Below are positions 31,306-42,278 of a stretch of DNA of 64,000 nucleotides, in pieces. This stretch comes from Anaerohalosphaeraceae bacterium (lineage in GTDB: Bacteria; Planctomycetota; Phycisphaerae; Sedimentisphaerales; Anaerohalosphaeraceae). The stretch covers positions 678,630-742,629 of the forward strand of contig CAXXSL010000013.1 of the NCBI GenBank assembly GCA_963675525.2. Direction: 5' to 3'. The position numbers and the translations under genes were made by a program. Under the pieces are notes generated by a model, which was not told the DNA's origin, searched no databases, and worked only from the letters and a program-made list of their open reading frames with translations. The stretch's first letter is position 1; each line of letters opens with the position of its first letter.

Positions 31306-32391
31306 ATGAGTCAATCGGAATCATCTGAAAATACGGGCGGCACACCGCACCAGCGGCGGGTGCGGTACAGCGGCACGCATCCGAAGCGCTTTGCGGAAAA
31401 GTACAAAGAGCACGCCATTGATGCGCACCCCGACCTGCGCGAACATCTGCGGGATAAAGGCAAGACCCCGGCAGGCACACATATCCCGATATTGGTTAAT
31501 GAAATCATGGCGACATTAAAACCTTCGCCCGGCGAAACCGTCATTGACTGTACGCTTGGCTACGGCGGACATGCCGCACAGTTTGCACGGCATCTCGGCC
31601 CCGGAGGAAAGCTGGTCGGTCTGGATGCCGACAGCGCCGAACTGGAACGCACCCAACAACGGTTGGCCGGACTGTGCCCCGATGTGCCGATGGCATTTTA
31701 TCGGAGCAACTTTGCGGGCATCGCCAAAGTAATGCGCAAAGAGTCGCCGGACGGATTCGACATCATCTTCGCCGACCTGGGCCTTTCGAGTATGCAGATC
31801 GACAACCCCGATCGCGGGATGAGCTACCGCCACGATGGCCCGCTGGATATGCGGATGGACAACCGGCGGCAGCAGACCGCCGGGGACTTGCTGAATACCC
31901 TGCCGCAAGAGGCGCTGTCTGAAGCCCTGTGGGAATTGTCGGATGAGCCGGACCACCATATGATCGCCCAGCGGATTACCGAACAGCGCCAGCACGAACC
32001 ATTCGTTCATATTTCGCAATTGGTGGAGCTGGTTTTTGACGTCAAGGGTCTGACCGTCACCGAATACAAGCGGCAGCAACGCGAGCATCCCGGCGGCCTG
32101 CATCCTGCCGCACGCACATTCCAAACGCTGCGAATGCTGGTCAACGATGAAACGGCCGCCTTGAAGGAACTGCTGCGGGTTGCCGTCTATTGCCTTCGCC
32201 CAGCAGGACGCATCGGCATCATCAGCTTTCACAGCGGCGAAGACCGGCTGGTCAAACACGCATTCGTCAACGGCCTGCGTGACGGACTGTACCAAACCAT
32301 TTCCGATGAGCCTATCACCCCCACACGCGCCGAGATCGCCGCCAACACCCGCAGCACCGCCGCCAAATTTTGCTGGGCAGTCAAGGTATAA
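31306..32391 (+). CDS. rsmH: RsmH/MraW-family 16S rRNA methyltransferase
   Basis: HIPILVNE, DCTLGYGGH, DLGLSSMQID, GPLDMRMD, HPAARTFQ, ISFHSGEDR. Confidence 0.85.
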   Translation: MSQSESSENTGGTPHQRRVRYSGTHPKRFAEKYKEHAIDAHPDLREHLRDKGKTPAGTHIPILVNEIMATLKPSPGETVIDCTLGYGGHAAQFARHLGPGGKLVGLDADSAELERTQQRLAGLCPDVPMAFYRSNFAGIAKVMRKESPDGFDIIFADLGLSSMQIDNPDRGMSYRHDGPLDMRMDNRRQQTAGDLLNTLPQEALSEALWELSDEPDHHMIAQRITEQRQHEPFVHISQLVELVFDVKGLTVTEYKRQQREHPGGLHPAARTFQTLRMLVNDETAALKELLRVAVYCLRPAGRIGIISFHSGEDRLVKHAFVNGLRDGLYQTISDEPITPTRAEIAANTRSTAAKFCWAVKV

Positions 32392-32650
32392 AAGGGCCAA
32401 AAAAGAGGATTTACCGCCCCTAATCTCTCTTTGGAGCTTTTTTTCTTCATCGGCCGGGTTACTTATGTTAGAATATGCTGTATCTTTGGAGACAACCTCT
32501 GTTTGGGGGGTTATCGAGACCATTTAGGCGGAGTCGAAGGATGGGAAAAATCCTTCAGGAGGATATCTTACCCTTTTGCTCGTGCTGTTTTTGTGTGCCT
32601 TGGTGTCGTATTTTTCGAAATTCAATAAACTCTATTAGATGGAGAAAACC

Positions 32651-33634
32651 ATGAAAAACCGGCGAGGATTCTTTTTTTCAATCAGCTTGTCTATTTTATT
32701 AGTGATGTCGCTAGCGGTGCAGGCCGGAGACTTAAACCCATCGACGCCGCCAAGTGCGGACGGGACCATGAAGACGCTGGATCAGATCGAACCGCGAATT
32801 CCGATTCATCAATCCGATATTCCGCTGGACATCACGGCTTCCGGCTCGTACTACCTGGCCGAGAATCTCACCGCCACCGGTTTCGGTATTACGGTCAGCG
32901 CCGACAATGTGACGATCGACCTGAGCGGGTTCACGCTGGCCGGACCGGATACAAACATCACCTACGGCATTTCCATGAACAACCGCGAGAATGTAGAGAT
33001 TCGCAACGGCACGGTCCGGGACTTTACCTACGGTATTTATGAAATGTCTTCGACCGGGAAAAACCATCGGATTATTAATGTTCGCGCCCTGTCCAATCGC
33101 ATCAGCGGGATTCTGCTTTATGGGCAAAACTGTCAGGTCAGGGACTGTATGGTCGCCGATAATGGCGCCTCGGCAACCAACGCTGCCTCGGGAATTTATG
33201 TCGCTAACGGCAGCATTGTGACCGACAATATCGTCTGTAACAACGGCTACCAAGCCACCAGTACCGTTTATGGCATCTATACCGGTTTCGGTTCCACCGT
33301 CATCGGTAATACCGTCCATGAGAATGGCATGGAAAAGTCGGGCGATATCGTGTACAGCATCCGGGCCAATACCGGTTCCACGATTGCTAATAATGCCTCT
33401 TACCTCAATGGGAAATCGGCCGTCAGTGCCACCATCTACGGGATCTATGTCAGTTCCGGCTGCACGGTCATCGGCAATACCGCCTGCGACAATGGGTACC
33501 TTGCAACCGGCTCGGTCTACGGTCTCTATATCGGAGGCAGCAGCTTGGTGGATCGTAACACCGCCCATGGTAACAACGGAACGGAAATCTATGCACATGC
33601 CACTTGCACACTGGGATTGAATCATGGACTGTAA
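32651..33634 (+). CDS. Secreted right-handed beta-helix protein
   Basis: Signal peptide; GDLNP...TMKTLDQIEPRIPI; GSYYLAENL; NVTIDLSGF; parallel beta-helix repeats. Confidence 0.85.
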   Translation: MKNRRGFFFSISLSILLVMSLAVQAGDLNPSTPPSADGTMKTLDQIEPRIPIHQSDIPLDITASGSYYLAENLTATGFGITVSADNVTIDLSGFTLAGPDTNITYGISMNNRENVEIRNGTVRDFTYGIYEMSSTGKNHRIINVRALSNRISGILLYGQNCQVRDCMVADNGASATNAASGIYVANGSIVTDNIVCNNGYQATSTVYGIYTGFGSTVIGNTVHENGMEKSGDIVYSIRANTGSTIANNASYLNGKSAVSATIYGIYVSSGCTVIGNTACDNGYLATGSVYGLYIGGSSLVDRNTAHGNNGTEIYAHATCTLGLNHGL

Positions 33635-33665
33635 GGTCGTATAAAACTGAAAACGGAGATAAAAA

Positions 33666-34295
33666 ATGAAAAAGACTGTCGTCATTTTAGTCCTGCTGCT
33701 GGCGGGCACCTTCGTCACAGCGGAAAATATCGACCCGTACAATATGGACGAACAATACGGCTACAGCGAGAATACCGGCTGGCTGAATGCCGAGCCGAGC
33801 GTCGGCAGCGGAATGCAGGTCGCCGGCGACAAAGTGACCGGATTTATCTGGGGCGAGAATATCGGCTGGGTCAATCTGAACTGTGAAAACAACGGCACCT
33901 GCGGGGCCGTCAGTTACGGCGTGGTCAATGACGGCGCTGGCAACCTGTCGGGTTTTGCCTGGGGCGAGAATGTCGGCTGGATCAATTTTGACCCCGACGT
34001 CCCCGGCGATACAACCAACCAGTACAAAGTCTCCATCGACGGCAACGGGCTTCTGTCCGGCTGGGCATGGGGGGAAAACATCGGCTGGATTCACTTCGAC
34101 GAAACACAAACATGGAGCGTGCGGGTCTGTATCGTCACGCTGGAGGACTTGACCAACTTCGCATCGTACTGGCTCAGCACCAGCAACCCGGAGGAAGCCA
34201 ATTTTGTTGAAGACCGGATCGTGGACCTGAAAGACTATGCGGTCTTTGCGTCGTATTGGCAGGACTTCTGCCCGGACGGCTGGCTGTTAAAATAA
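33666..34295 (+). CDS. Secreted protein with WGENxGW repeats and dockerin-like tail
   Basis: Three GxxWGENxGWxxx repeats; VDLKDYAVFASYW. Confidence 0.8.
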   Translation: MKKTVVILVLLLAGTFVTAENIDPYNMDEQYGYSENTGWLNAEPSVGSGMQVAGDKVTGFIWGENIGWVNLNCENNGTCGAVSYGVVNDGAGNLSGFAWGENVGWINFDPDVPGDTTNQYKVSIDGNGLLSGWAWGENIGWIHFDETQTWSVRVCIVTLEDLTNFASYWLSTSNPEEANFVEDRIVDLKDYAVFASYWQDFCPDGWLLK

Positions 34296-34316
34296 CTTTT
34301 TTAGAAAGGCGGATTT

Positions 34317-34961
34317 ATGAAAAAACATTCTACGATTCAATTACTCGTTGCGTTTTGTGTGATGATGGCCATCTACTGTATCGGCGGCGACCTGAATCCA
34401 AACAACACCCCTTCGCCAACCATGCGGACGCTGGATGAGGTGTACAAGAATATCCAGCCGGGATTGCCGTCTGACTGGAAACCGTTCGCCCAGGAGCAGC
34501 AGGTCACCGGTAAAAGCTCAATTCACCTGTCGCTGGTAAGCGATGGAACGGATATAAACGGCAGTTGCCCGCTGACGTCGTTACAGCGGGAAAACACCAT
34601 TGTGGTCACTGGACTTGGGCATCAGTTCAATGCCTCCTATGACCCCGTCAGCGGGCAATCCACCGGTCAGCCGCAGCATTCACCTATCATCATCACCAAG
34701 TATGTGGATAAATCCTCGCCGCTAATTTACAAAGCGCTCGCCAATAATGAAACGGGCGAAGCGACACTGCGATTTTACCGCACACTGGCCAATGGACAGG
34801 AAGAGCTGTACTATACGATCCATCTGCAGAATACAAAAATCGTCAGTATCAAAACCGCCTTTCCGAACATTGAACAGGTCAGCCTCTTTTATCAGACGAT
34901 TCGATGGACATGGGAACCGGACGGCATTGAGTATTTCGAAGAGATCGGCGGCGGGGCTTAA
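34317..34961 (+). CDS. hcp: Hcp/TssD-family tube protein with N-terminal signal peptide
   Basis: INGSC...RENTI.V, SGQSTGQPQHSPIIITKYVDKSSPLIYKAL, FYR...GQEELYYTIHL, EQVSLFYQTIRWTW. Confidence 0.85.
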   Translation: MKKHSTIQLLVAFCVMMAIYCIGGDLNPNNTPSPTMRTLDEVYKNIQPGLPSDWKPFAQEQQVTGKSSIHLSLVSDGTDINGSCPLTSLQRENTIVVTGLGHQFNASYDPVSGQSTGQPQHSPIIITKYVDKSSPLIYKALANNETGEATLRFYRTLANGQEELYYTIHLQNTKIVSIKTAFPNIEQVSLFYQTIRWTWEPDGIEYFEEIGGGA

Positions 34962-35058
34962 CGACTAATCTGCAGGCATTTGCCGTCCTGCAGGAGTATC
35001 TTCCAGTCCGTCCCGGCAAGTTTTTCGACAGTCTGGACACCTCTGGCGGTGCCTTTGG

Positions 35059-36450
35059 TCACGGCAGCGGGCAGTTTCCCCAGTCCGGCCGTGAATCAGG
35101 CAGTATCCAATCGTCGGCGCCGGTGTCGAAATCGGCCGGCTCAGAAGGAATATTTATGACGCACCATCCGAACAGGTTCTGGTTGAACGACGACGCAGCG
35201 TAGAACATCCGGCTCATGTCGGTGACGCTAAAGGTATCCCAGTTGCCGATATCCTGGTTGAACGACGACGCAGCGTTGAACATATACCTCATATTGGTGA
35301 CGCCGGAGGTGTCCCAACTGCCGATATCCTGATTAAACGAGGACGCCTGGGAGAACATCCCGCGCATGGTGGTGACGCTGGAGGTGTCCCAACTGCCGAT
35401 ATCCTGGTTGAACGACGACGCCTGGGAGAACATATAGTACATATCGGTAACGCCGGAGGTATCCCAGTTGCCGATTTCCTGGTTGAACGACGACGCACCG
35501 TTGAACATCGCGCTCATGGTGGTGACGCTGGAGGTATCCCAGCTGCCGATATTCTGGTTGAACGACGACGCATTCCAGAACATATAGCTCATGTCGGTGA
35601 CGCCGGAGGTATCCCAGCCGCCGATTTCCTGGTTGAACGACGACGCACCGTTGAACATAGATCGCATATCGGTGACGCCGGAGGTATCCCAACTGCCGAT
35701 TTCCTGGTTGAACAACGACGCATTCCAGAACATATAGCTCATATCGGTGACGCCGGAGGTATCCCAACTGCCGATATCCTGGTTGAACGACGACGCATTC
35801 CAGAACATCCCCTCCATATCGGTGACGCCGGAGGTGTCCCAGCCGCCGATATCCTGGTTGAACAACGACGCATTGCCGAACATATAGTTCATGTTGGTGA
35901 CGGCTTCAATGCCGTTCGAATCTGCCGGTACCGAAACGAGGTTCGAACACCCATAGAACGCACTGTACATGCTGGTAAAGCCCATTTGCCCCCAGCTATC
36001 GACGCTTATCAGAATTGTGTTTCCGGAGACCCCTTTGCTATAGTATGCCGTCACGCTGCCAGTGACCGAGACGGTGTAGGTCCCGTCAACACCGTAGTCG
36101 TGCACATGAGGGCCGGGAGTCGTTACGACGTTGGGTTCTGTGCCGTCTCCCCAGTCAATCGTTGCATCCACCTCACCGGCCAGTCCCAGTGTTACCGTCG
36201 TGCCGTCGGCAAGGCTTGTGTCCCAGGTCGTTATGAAGGAAGAAGACTCATCATCCAGCCACTGAGCAGCCATATCAGCAAGGTCATTGGGATCGTACGT
36301 TGTCAGCCACCCAGAGCCCATCATGGCAAAGTCATCAAGGTTCACCTTGCAGTCGCCGGTCAAGTCGGCAGATGGACACGCCGCCCAAATAGTGCCGCTG
36401 ATACAAATAACCGCCGAAAAAATTGCCATCAAAATGGTTGTTTTTTTCAT
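35059..36450 (-). CDS. DUF285/BspA-like repeat surface protein with dockerin-like and PKD-like domains
   Basis: [19 protein letters not shown]; [25 protein letters not shown] repeats. Confidence 0.9.
   Translation of the reverse strand: MKKTTILMAIFSAVICISGTIWAACPSADLTGDCKVNLDDFAMMGSGWLTTYDPNDLADMAAQWLDDESSSFITTWDTSLADGTTVTLGLAGEVDATIDWGDGTEPNVVTTPGPHVHDYGVDGTYTVSVTGSVTAYYSKGVSGNTILISVDSWGQMGFTSMYSAFYGCSNLVSVPADSNGIEAVTNMNYMFGNASLFNQDIGGWDTSGVTDMEGMFWNASSFNQDIGSWDTSGVTDMSYMFWNASLFNQEIGSWDTSGVTDMRSMFNGASSFNQEIGGWDTSGVTDMSYMFWNASSFNQNIGSWDTSSVTTMSAMFNGASSFNQEIGNWDTSGVTDMYYMFSQASSFNQDIGSWDTSSVTTMRGMFSQASSFNQDIGSWDTSGVTNMRYMFNAASSFNQDIGNWDTFSVTDMSRMFYAASSFNQNLFGWCVINIPSEPADFDTGADDWILPDSRPDWGNCPLP
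35143..35892 (-). repeat. 75-bp tandem repeat, nine full units plus one degenerate unit
   Basis: 25-aa period, visible at DNA level (cctggttgaacgacgacgc...). Confidence 0.9.
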
Positions 36451-36658
36451 CTTTTTATATTCAAAAAATAAAGTTATCGTTTTCTGATGAGTAATCCGCC
36501 AACCCCCAAGTACTATTGATTATCCGACATGGGACACAGAAAGTCAAGCAAAATCCGAAAAAAACGCCGATTCTGCATCAATAACCGTAATAATACGAAT
36601 AAGAAGTGGTCAAGGATGGCCCAATTCCGCCGAGCGTCAAGGTAACGGAAGACACTAT

Positions 36659-37207
36659 TTACTTCAGGATATCCAGGTACTTGCCGCTCTCAATAAGTTT
36701 CTTCCAGTCGGTCCCGGCCATGTCTTCGACCGTCGGCACCTTGAGGGTACCCTCTTTGTTAAGCGGCAGACGCATGTTGCCGACGATGGGCGAATCGAGG
36801 CCAAGACCGACCTTGGCGGTATAGGGAATTTGCGAGCCGGGCCGAACGTCTTTCAGGTTGCTCAGGGCACTCAGCAGATCGAGATATTTGAAACTTATCG
36901 GCAGCGTAACCGTCTTTGAACTTTTGGCCGGAATCGTCGTCGCCAGGTCCGCCTTCCCGTTCAGCAAGGGATGCCCGCTGCTCTGCAGGTCATAATCCAC
37001 ATTCAGCAGCGGCAGGTCCAGCGCATAAGGATTCTTGATTTCCACATTGAACAAAAGCTGTGCCTCATTCAGCGAGACATCGCCAAACGAAACGCCCGCC
37101 AGGCTGGCCGTCGGCTTTTCATACTGCATCAGACTGTCCAGCGCTTGGCAGCCGGAAAACAGGATCAGGCTCATCAATACAGCAACGGTTGGCATTTTCT
37201 TCATCAT
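36659..37207 (-). CDS. LEA type 2 / WHy-domain lipoprotein
   Basis: Lipobox-like FSGC; VEIKNPYALDLPL motif. Confidence 0.85.
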   Translation of the reverse strand: MMKKMPTVAVLMSLILFSGCQALDSLMQYEKPTASLAGVSFGDVSLNEAQLLFNVEIKNPYALDLPLLNVDYDLQSSGHPLLNGKADLATTIPAKSSKTVTLPISFKYLDLLSALSNLKDVRPGSQIPYTAKVGLGLDSPIVGNMRLPLNKEGTLKVPTVEDMAGTDWKKLIESGKYLDILK

Positions 37208-37251
37208 TTTTCCTTTCCTGTCCGGCTGATACAGAACAAGCCGATCATCGT

Positions 37252-38463
37252 TTACGGATTCAGTTTCTTTTCAGCGTCTTTGGCGAAAACGTTCTCCCAG
37301 TCAACTTTTCCGGTGAACTGCATTACCACAAACAAGGTGCAAATACACAACACCGTGATGGCAAGCCCCGTATAGCCCGCGAAGAAAAACGTATAGGAAA
37401 ACAGGACCAGGTACACAAGCTGGAACAGCGCAACCTCTATAAACGCAAACCGCGCCCCGACCACCAGCCGCATATAAGAGACCACCAACACGATCGAAAC
37501 GGCCGAGCAGATCCAGAACGCAAGATGGATCGACACATGATCGACCAGGTACGCCAGCAGCAAATGAAAACTGAAGAACGCCGCGCCGATAAAGAAATAA
37601 TTCACGGGATGGATCTTAATACCCCTGACGGTCGTACACACAAACAGCAGAAAGAAAAACAGGAACAAAGACACCGGTGCCGCCGCCGTCACCTGGCTGA
37701 CCCAGGGACCCGGATTTAATTTTTTGGGCAGGATCATTCCAATGTTGACCCCCGTCAGCAGATTCGTGTATTGCCATGTCAGTTCCCAGCCGGTATTCGT
37801 CCTGGTTTTGCTCGTCGGCGAGATGCTCCGCTGCGGGAAATCGACCTCATCAAAATCGGTGTGTAAAACCAGCGAAAAGTTTCGCACCTGCTTGACATTC
37901 GACCCAAAATCGTAGTGCCATTCGTCCAGACCCTGCGACGCATAAGCGATCTGGACCTCTTTGGCTTCGCCGGGCTCCATCTGAAAACGCTTGACAATAT
38001 TACTTCCGTTAAATTCGATCTCGCTGATCGCTTCGCCGCCCACGACAAACCGGAAGTTGTCATAAACGGCCTGCTCGGCGGGAAACGTAAAATCCACATA
38101 CATGACGCGACTCTGTTCGGAATGATTGATAACGCGATACGTTCCGGCAAAATCAACACGGTAGGTCGAGTACCAAAGCAAGCCCTTTCGGCGATGTTCC
38201 AGTTTCAGATCGACAGTGATGTCGCTTGCATCCGGAGCGATGGTCTCGACATTCTCAGCATCTTTACCCGAGCGGGATTGCGGCGATGTAAAAGAGAACT
38301 TCGGCGGGGTTTGCGTGTGCGCTGTCCCCCACAACTGCCCGACCGCACTGTATAACCGATTATCCAGCGTATCCGTCCGGATCACCATCGTCCCGGCCAG
38401 AATAATCCACCCGGCGACAGTGCAGACATAGATGAAAGTGATTGCCAGAATGCGTTTGACCAT
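37252..38463 (-). CDS. CreD-like inner membrane protein
   Basis: N-terminal TM; RRKGLLWYSTY; IHPVNY..IGAAFFSFHLLLAYLVDH; C-terminal TM bundle. Confidence 0.75.
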   Translation of the reverse strand: MVKRILAITFIYVCTVAGWIILAGTMVIRTDTLDNRLYSAVGQLWGTAHTQTPPKFSFTSPQSRSGKDAENVETIAPDASDITVDLKLEHRRKGLLWYSTYRVDFAGTYRVINHSEQSRVMYVDFTFPAEQAVYDNFRFVVGGEAISEIEFNGSNIVKRFQMEPGEAKEVQIAYASQGLDEWHYDFGSNVKQVRNFSLVLHTDFDEVDFPQRSISPTSKTRTNTGWELTWQYTNLLTGVNIGMILPKKLNPGPWVSQVTAAAPVSLFLFFFLLFVCTTVRGIKIHPVNYFFIGAAFFSFHLLLAYLVDHVSIHLAFWICSAVSIVLVVSYMRLVVGARFAFIEVALFQLVYLVLFSYTFFFAGYTGLAITVLCICTLFVVMQFTGKVDWENVFAKDAEKKLNP

Positions 38464-38736
38464 TGTGACACCTTCCGTTCCACAGTTTTAGTCTGTATCG
38501 GTTCGTATCCGTTTTTCATGCGGTAAAATGATATAGATACAAGATACTGCTTTCAGTCATAAAAACAAGTGTTTTTATCAAGGCGGGCGAATTTATCGAC
38601 GCCGCCTTGACAACCACGACCCAAGCCATCATAATACCCCCTGCGTTTGTCAATGTAAATAGTCATTAATTCCGTTTGTGGATCGGGGGGCTGGTTTTCA
38701 GCCCTCGTCCGCACCGTCATTAAAAGGAAGATAACC

Positions 38737-41091
38737 ATGAACCAGCTTGCTTGCCTTACCGCAGGAATGTTACTGTTTGCCGTCATCTCAACCGCTGCGG
38801 GCGATTCACTGGTAACACCCTACCCGTATGCCGTCCAGCCGGCGGCGGCGCCATCGGTTTATGCCTTTGGACTTCGGGACGTCCGTCTGACAGACAGCCT
38901 TTTCAAGGATGCCATGAATCGCAATGCCGAGTGGCTTTTGAAGCTGGAGCCGGATCGTTTCCTGGCATGGTTCCGCAAAGAGGCGGGACTGGAGCCGAAG
39001 GGTCAGGTGTATGGCGGCTGGGAAAACCAGACCATCGCCGGTCACTGCCTGGGGCATTACCTGTCGGCCTGCGCGATGATGTATGCTGCTACCGGCGACG
39101 AACAGTACAAGGCCCGCGCCGATTATATTGTCGATGAACTGTCGCTGTGTCAGGAGGCCAACGGTAACGGCTATCTGGCGGCCTATCCCAACGGCAAACG
39201 CACCTTCGAAGAAGTGGCCCGCGGCGAAATCCGCTCGGCAGGTTTTGACCTCAACGGTATCTGGGTGCCGTGGTACACCAACCATAAGGTGATGGCGGGC
39301 CTGCGTGATACGTATCTGTATTGCAATAACCCCAAGGCTCTGGATGTGATGAAAAAGATGGGCGACTGGGCCTGTGCCGTCACCGAAAAACTGACCGAGG
39401 AGCAGTGGCAGAAGATGCTGGCTTGCGAACACGGCGGGATGAACGAGGTCCTGATCGACCTGTACGCCCTGACAGGAGACGAGAAATACAAGACGCTGGC
39501 ACTGAAATTCTACCACAAGGCAGTGCTGGACCCGCTGGCGGCTCGGCAGGATAAACTGGCAGGCCTGCACGCCAATACCCAGGTGCCCAAGACCATTGGC
39601 GCCGCCCGGATCTACGAAGTGACCGGTCTGGAGAAGTTCAAAACCATCGCCCGCTTCTTCTGGGACACCGTGGTCGCACACTACACGTTTGTCAACGGCG
39701 GCAACAGCTCCAACGAGCATTTCGGCCAGCCGGACAAATTGTCCGAACCGCAGCACGACACCACGGAAACCTGTAACACTTACAACATGCTCAAGCTGAC
39801 GCGGCACTTGTTTGCCGCCAACCCGCAGGCCGCCGAGATGGACTACTACGAGCGCGCCCTGTACAACCACATCCTGGCCCATCAGCATCCGACCACCGGC
39901 ATGATCATGTACAAAGGTTTTCTGGATATGCCCGCTCAAAAGAATTTCTGCGATCCGTTTAACTCCTTCTGGTGCTGCGTGGGGACGGGTTTTGAAAATC
40001 ACGCCAAGTACGCCGACACCATTTACTTCCACAATGGCAGTTCGCTGTATGTCAATCTGTTTATCCCGTCCGTGCTGACCTGGAAAGAAAAAGACATAAC
40101 GATTACACAGGAAACAGACTTCCCCGCAAGCGATACAGTGAAGCTGACCTTCACGTGCGCCAAGACCAGTACGTTTTCCCTGAAGATCCGAAAGCCCGCC
40201 TGGACAAACGGAATGACCGTCACGGTCAACGGCAAGGCCGTCCCGACTGAACCTGACAGCACGGGGTATATTGCCGTTAACCGCGGCTTTGACAACGGTG
40301 ACGTTGTCGAATTGAAACTGCCGATGACGCTGCACACCGAGGCCATGCCCGACAAGTCCAACCGCATCGCGTTCCTGTACGGACCAATCGTACTGGCCGC
40401 GGATCTGGACGGCGCCGAACGCTGTCCGCTGCTGGTGGGCACCCTGTCTGAACTGACCGCCGCGATCAAGCCGATCGAAGGCAAACCGCTGGAATTTTCC
40501 GCTGCCGGTATCGCTCGTGATATCGCAGACGATGAAACAAAAATGCGCAGCTTGCGACTGCTGCCGCTGTATGCGGTGACCGACCAGCGATACACCGTGT
40601 ATGTGGACCAGTTTACTCCCGAGCTGTGGCAGAAGAAGAAAACCGAATACACCGCTGAGCAGGAACGTATCCGTGCCATTGCGGCGCGGTCGATCGATGT
40701 GATGCGTATCGGCGAAATGCAACCCGAGCGCGACCACAACCTCAAAGGCGAGAACACCACGAGCGGCGAATACCAGGGACGCAAATGGCGGCACGCCTAT
40801 AACGGCTGGTTCGAATTTGATATGAAGGTGCTGGACGAGGTGCCGGTGGAACTGGTCTGCACCTACTGGGGCTCGGACTCCGGCGGAAGAACTTTCGATA
40901 TTCTCGTCGATGGAACGAAGATCGCCACTCAGGCACTGACCAACCAGAAACCCAACACCTTCTTCGATGTGACCTATCCGGTCCCGGCTGAATTGACAAA
41001 AGGCAAGGAAACCGTACGTATTCGCCTGCAGGCACACCCGAACAATACCGCCGGCGGCCTGTACGGCGTGCGTATGATGAAAACCCAATAA
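38737..41091 (+). CDS. GH127-family beta-L-arabinofuranosidase-like glycoside hydrolase
   Basis: YGGWE, GHYLSA, EHGGMNE, HANTQVPK, ETCNTYNMLKL, YYERALYN, FWCCVGTG. Confidence 0.92.
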   Translation: MNQLACLTAGMLLFAVISTAAGDSLVTPYPYAVQPAAAPSVYAFGLRDVRLTDSLFKDAMNRNAEWLLKLEPDRFLAWFRKEAGLEPKGQVYGGWENQTIAGHCLGHYLSACAMMYAATGDEQYKARADYIVDELSLCQEANGNGYLAAYPNGKRTFEEVARGEIRSAGFDLNGIWVPWYTNHKVMAGLRDTYLYCNNPKALDVMKKMGDWACAVTEKLTEEQWQKMLACEHGGMNEVLIDLYALTGDEKYKTLALKFYHKAVLDPLAARQDKLAGLHANTQVPKTIGAARIYEVTGLEKFKTIARFFWDTVVAHYTFVNGGNSSNEHFGQPDKLSEPQHDTTETCNTYNMLKLTRHLFAANPQAAEMDYYERALYNHILAHQHPTTGMIMYKGFLDMPAQKNFCDPFNSFWCCVGTGFENHAKYADTIYFHNGSSLYVNLFIPSVLTWKEKDITITQETDFPASDTVKLTFTCAKTSTFSLKIRKPAWTNGMTVTVNGKAVPTEPDSTGYIAVNRGFDNGDVVELKLPMTLHTEAMPDKSNRIAFLYGPIVLAADLDGAERCPLLVGTLSELTAAIKPIEGKPLEFSAAGIARDIADDETKMRSLRLLPLYAVTDQRYTVYVDQFTPELWQKKKTEYTAEQERIRAIAARSIDVMRIGEMQPERDHNLKGENTTSGEYQGRKWRHAYNGWFEFDMKVLDEVPVELVCTYWGSDSGGRTFDILVDGTKIATQALTNQKPNTFFDVTYPVPAELTKGKETVRIRLQAHPNNTAGGLYGVRMMKTQ

Positions 41092-41242
41092 AAAACAGCC
41101 CCATGGGTAAATCGCAAATAAACAGGACGCCGCCGAGTGATACGCATTCGATCGACAACGGTATCCATAACTGGAAATGGTTGACTTTCGTCTGGCAGCG
41201 TAAGCCATTTTGCCATTTAATCCACGGATAGAGTAAATAGAC

Positions 41243-41273
41243 AAAAAAAGGCCGTGTAAGATTACACAGCCTT
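41243..41273. terminator. Intrinsic terminator
   Basis: aaaaaaaggccgtgtaa-ga-ttacacagccttt. Confidence 0.7.
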
Positions 41274-41299
41274 TGGGAAGTACGCTTTCATGTAATACT

Positions 41300-41929
41300 T
41301 TATTTTTTTCTGCGAAGCAGGGCCAGCCCGCCAAGACCCAGTATTGCCATTGTCGCCGGTTCCGGCACAACAGACAGATACGGCGCTAAATCACCACATT
41401 CGCCGCTGCTGAACGTCATGCTCGAATAACTTTTATGGATAACCTCAAATGCAGCAAAAGTATAGCCATTGGCAACATCGTTCTTGATAAAATCGGTCAC
41501 ATCATAGCCAACCCATCCGCTGCCGGAAGTAATATCGGCAACAAGTTCACCGCAGGCAATCTGCTGAGAGGCATTGCCGTCAGCGGTCGATGAATCGGCT
41601 GCGTGCTTTAAACTACAACCATTGCCGCCAATGCTTAAGATATTGATGTAAAGCGTCGCACTGGTAATACTTTCAGCAAAGGGCAGCGAGGACAGTCCGA
41701 CCTGCATATACGTATCAAGCAATTGCCCACTGCCGCTTTCAAACCAATGCAAGGCCGAATTCGGATTGGCCAATGCATTAAAAGATATCTTTTCAGTAGT
41801 CCCATAACTCCAACGTTCTGTACCGACAATACCGTCGCCCTGCGGCGTGACCTTAATGTCCAGCGTGCCAAAAGCACTCAGCGATACAAACAACAACATC
41901 ATCATCGCCCCACTCGCTACTTTTTTCAT
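41300..41929 (-). CDS. PEP-CTERM protein
   Basis: ATG 41929 after aggag; VPEPATMAILGLGGLALLRRKK. Confidence 0.88.
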   Translation of the reverse strand: MKKVASGAMMMLLFVSLSAFGTLDIKVTPQGDGIVGTERWSYGTTEKISFNALANPNSALHWFESGSGQLLDTYMQVGLSSLPFAESITSATLYINILSIGGNGCSLKHAADSSTADGNASQQIACGELVADITSGSGWVGYDVTDFIKNDVANGYTFAAFEVIHKSYSSMTFSSGECGDLAPYLSVVPEPATMAILGLGGLALLRRKK

Positions 41930-42278
41930 ACACAGTCTCCTAAAGTTAGATGTTTTAAATAGTTTCGCGGATTGCAGACAGACAGCATCCCCGTGCATTA
42001 AGAACAATTCGCAACAGACAATAACAACCACGCAAACGTGACAAATTTTTCTACCTTCTCCCCCAAGAGAAGCAGATAATATTCAGACTTGTAGTATACC
42101 ACAGTACGTAATTTTCTCCAAGAGAAATAGGTGAAAATACCCATATTAATCTGCTTGGAGCCCGTCCGAAAGCCATATAAACGTTGCATTCGTTAAAGTT
42201 GCCTACCTTACTTAAGAAGATGCAATCTGACAGATTACCATTGAATCTGGCAGGATTGACGGCTATAGTTTGGCACAA

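Noticed and set aside
32651..34961. Type VI secretion locus
   Set aside because: Only Hcp is present; no sheath, baseplate, VgrG or membrane complex genes
38806..41370. 854-aa minus-strand ORF
   Set aside because: Antisense to a well-supported GH127 gene; no recognisable motifs; typical codon-bias shadow
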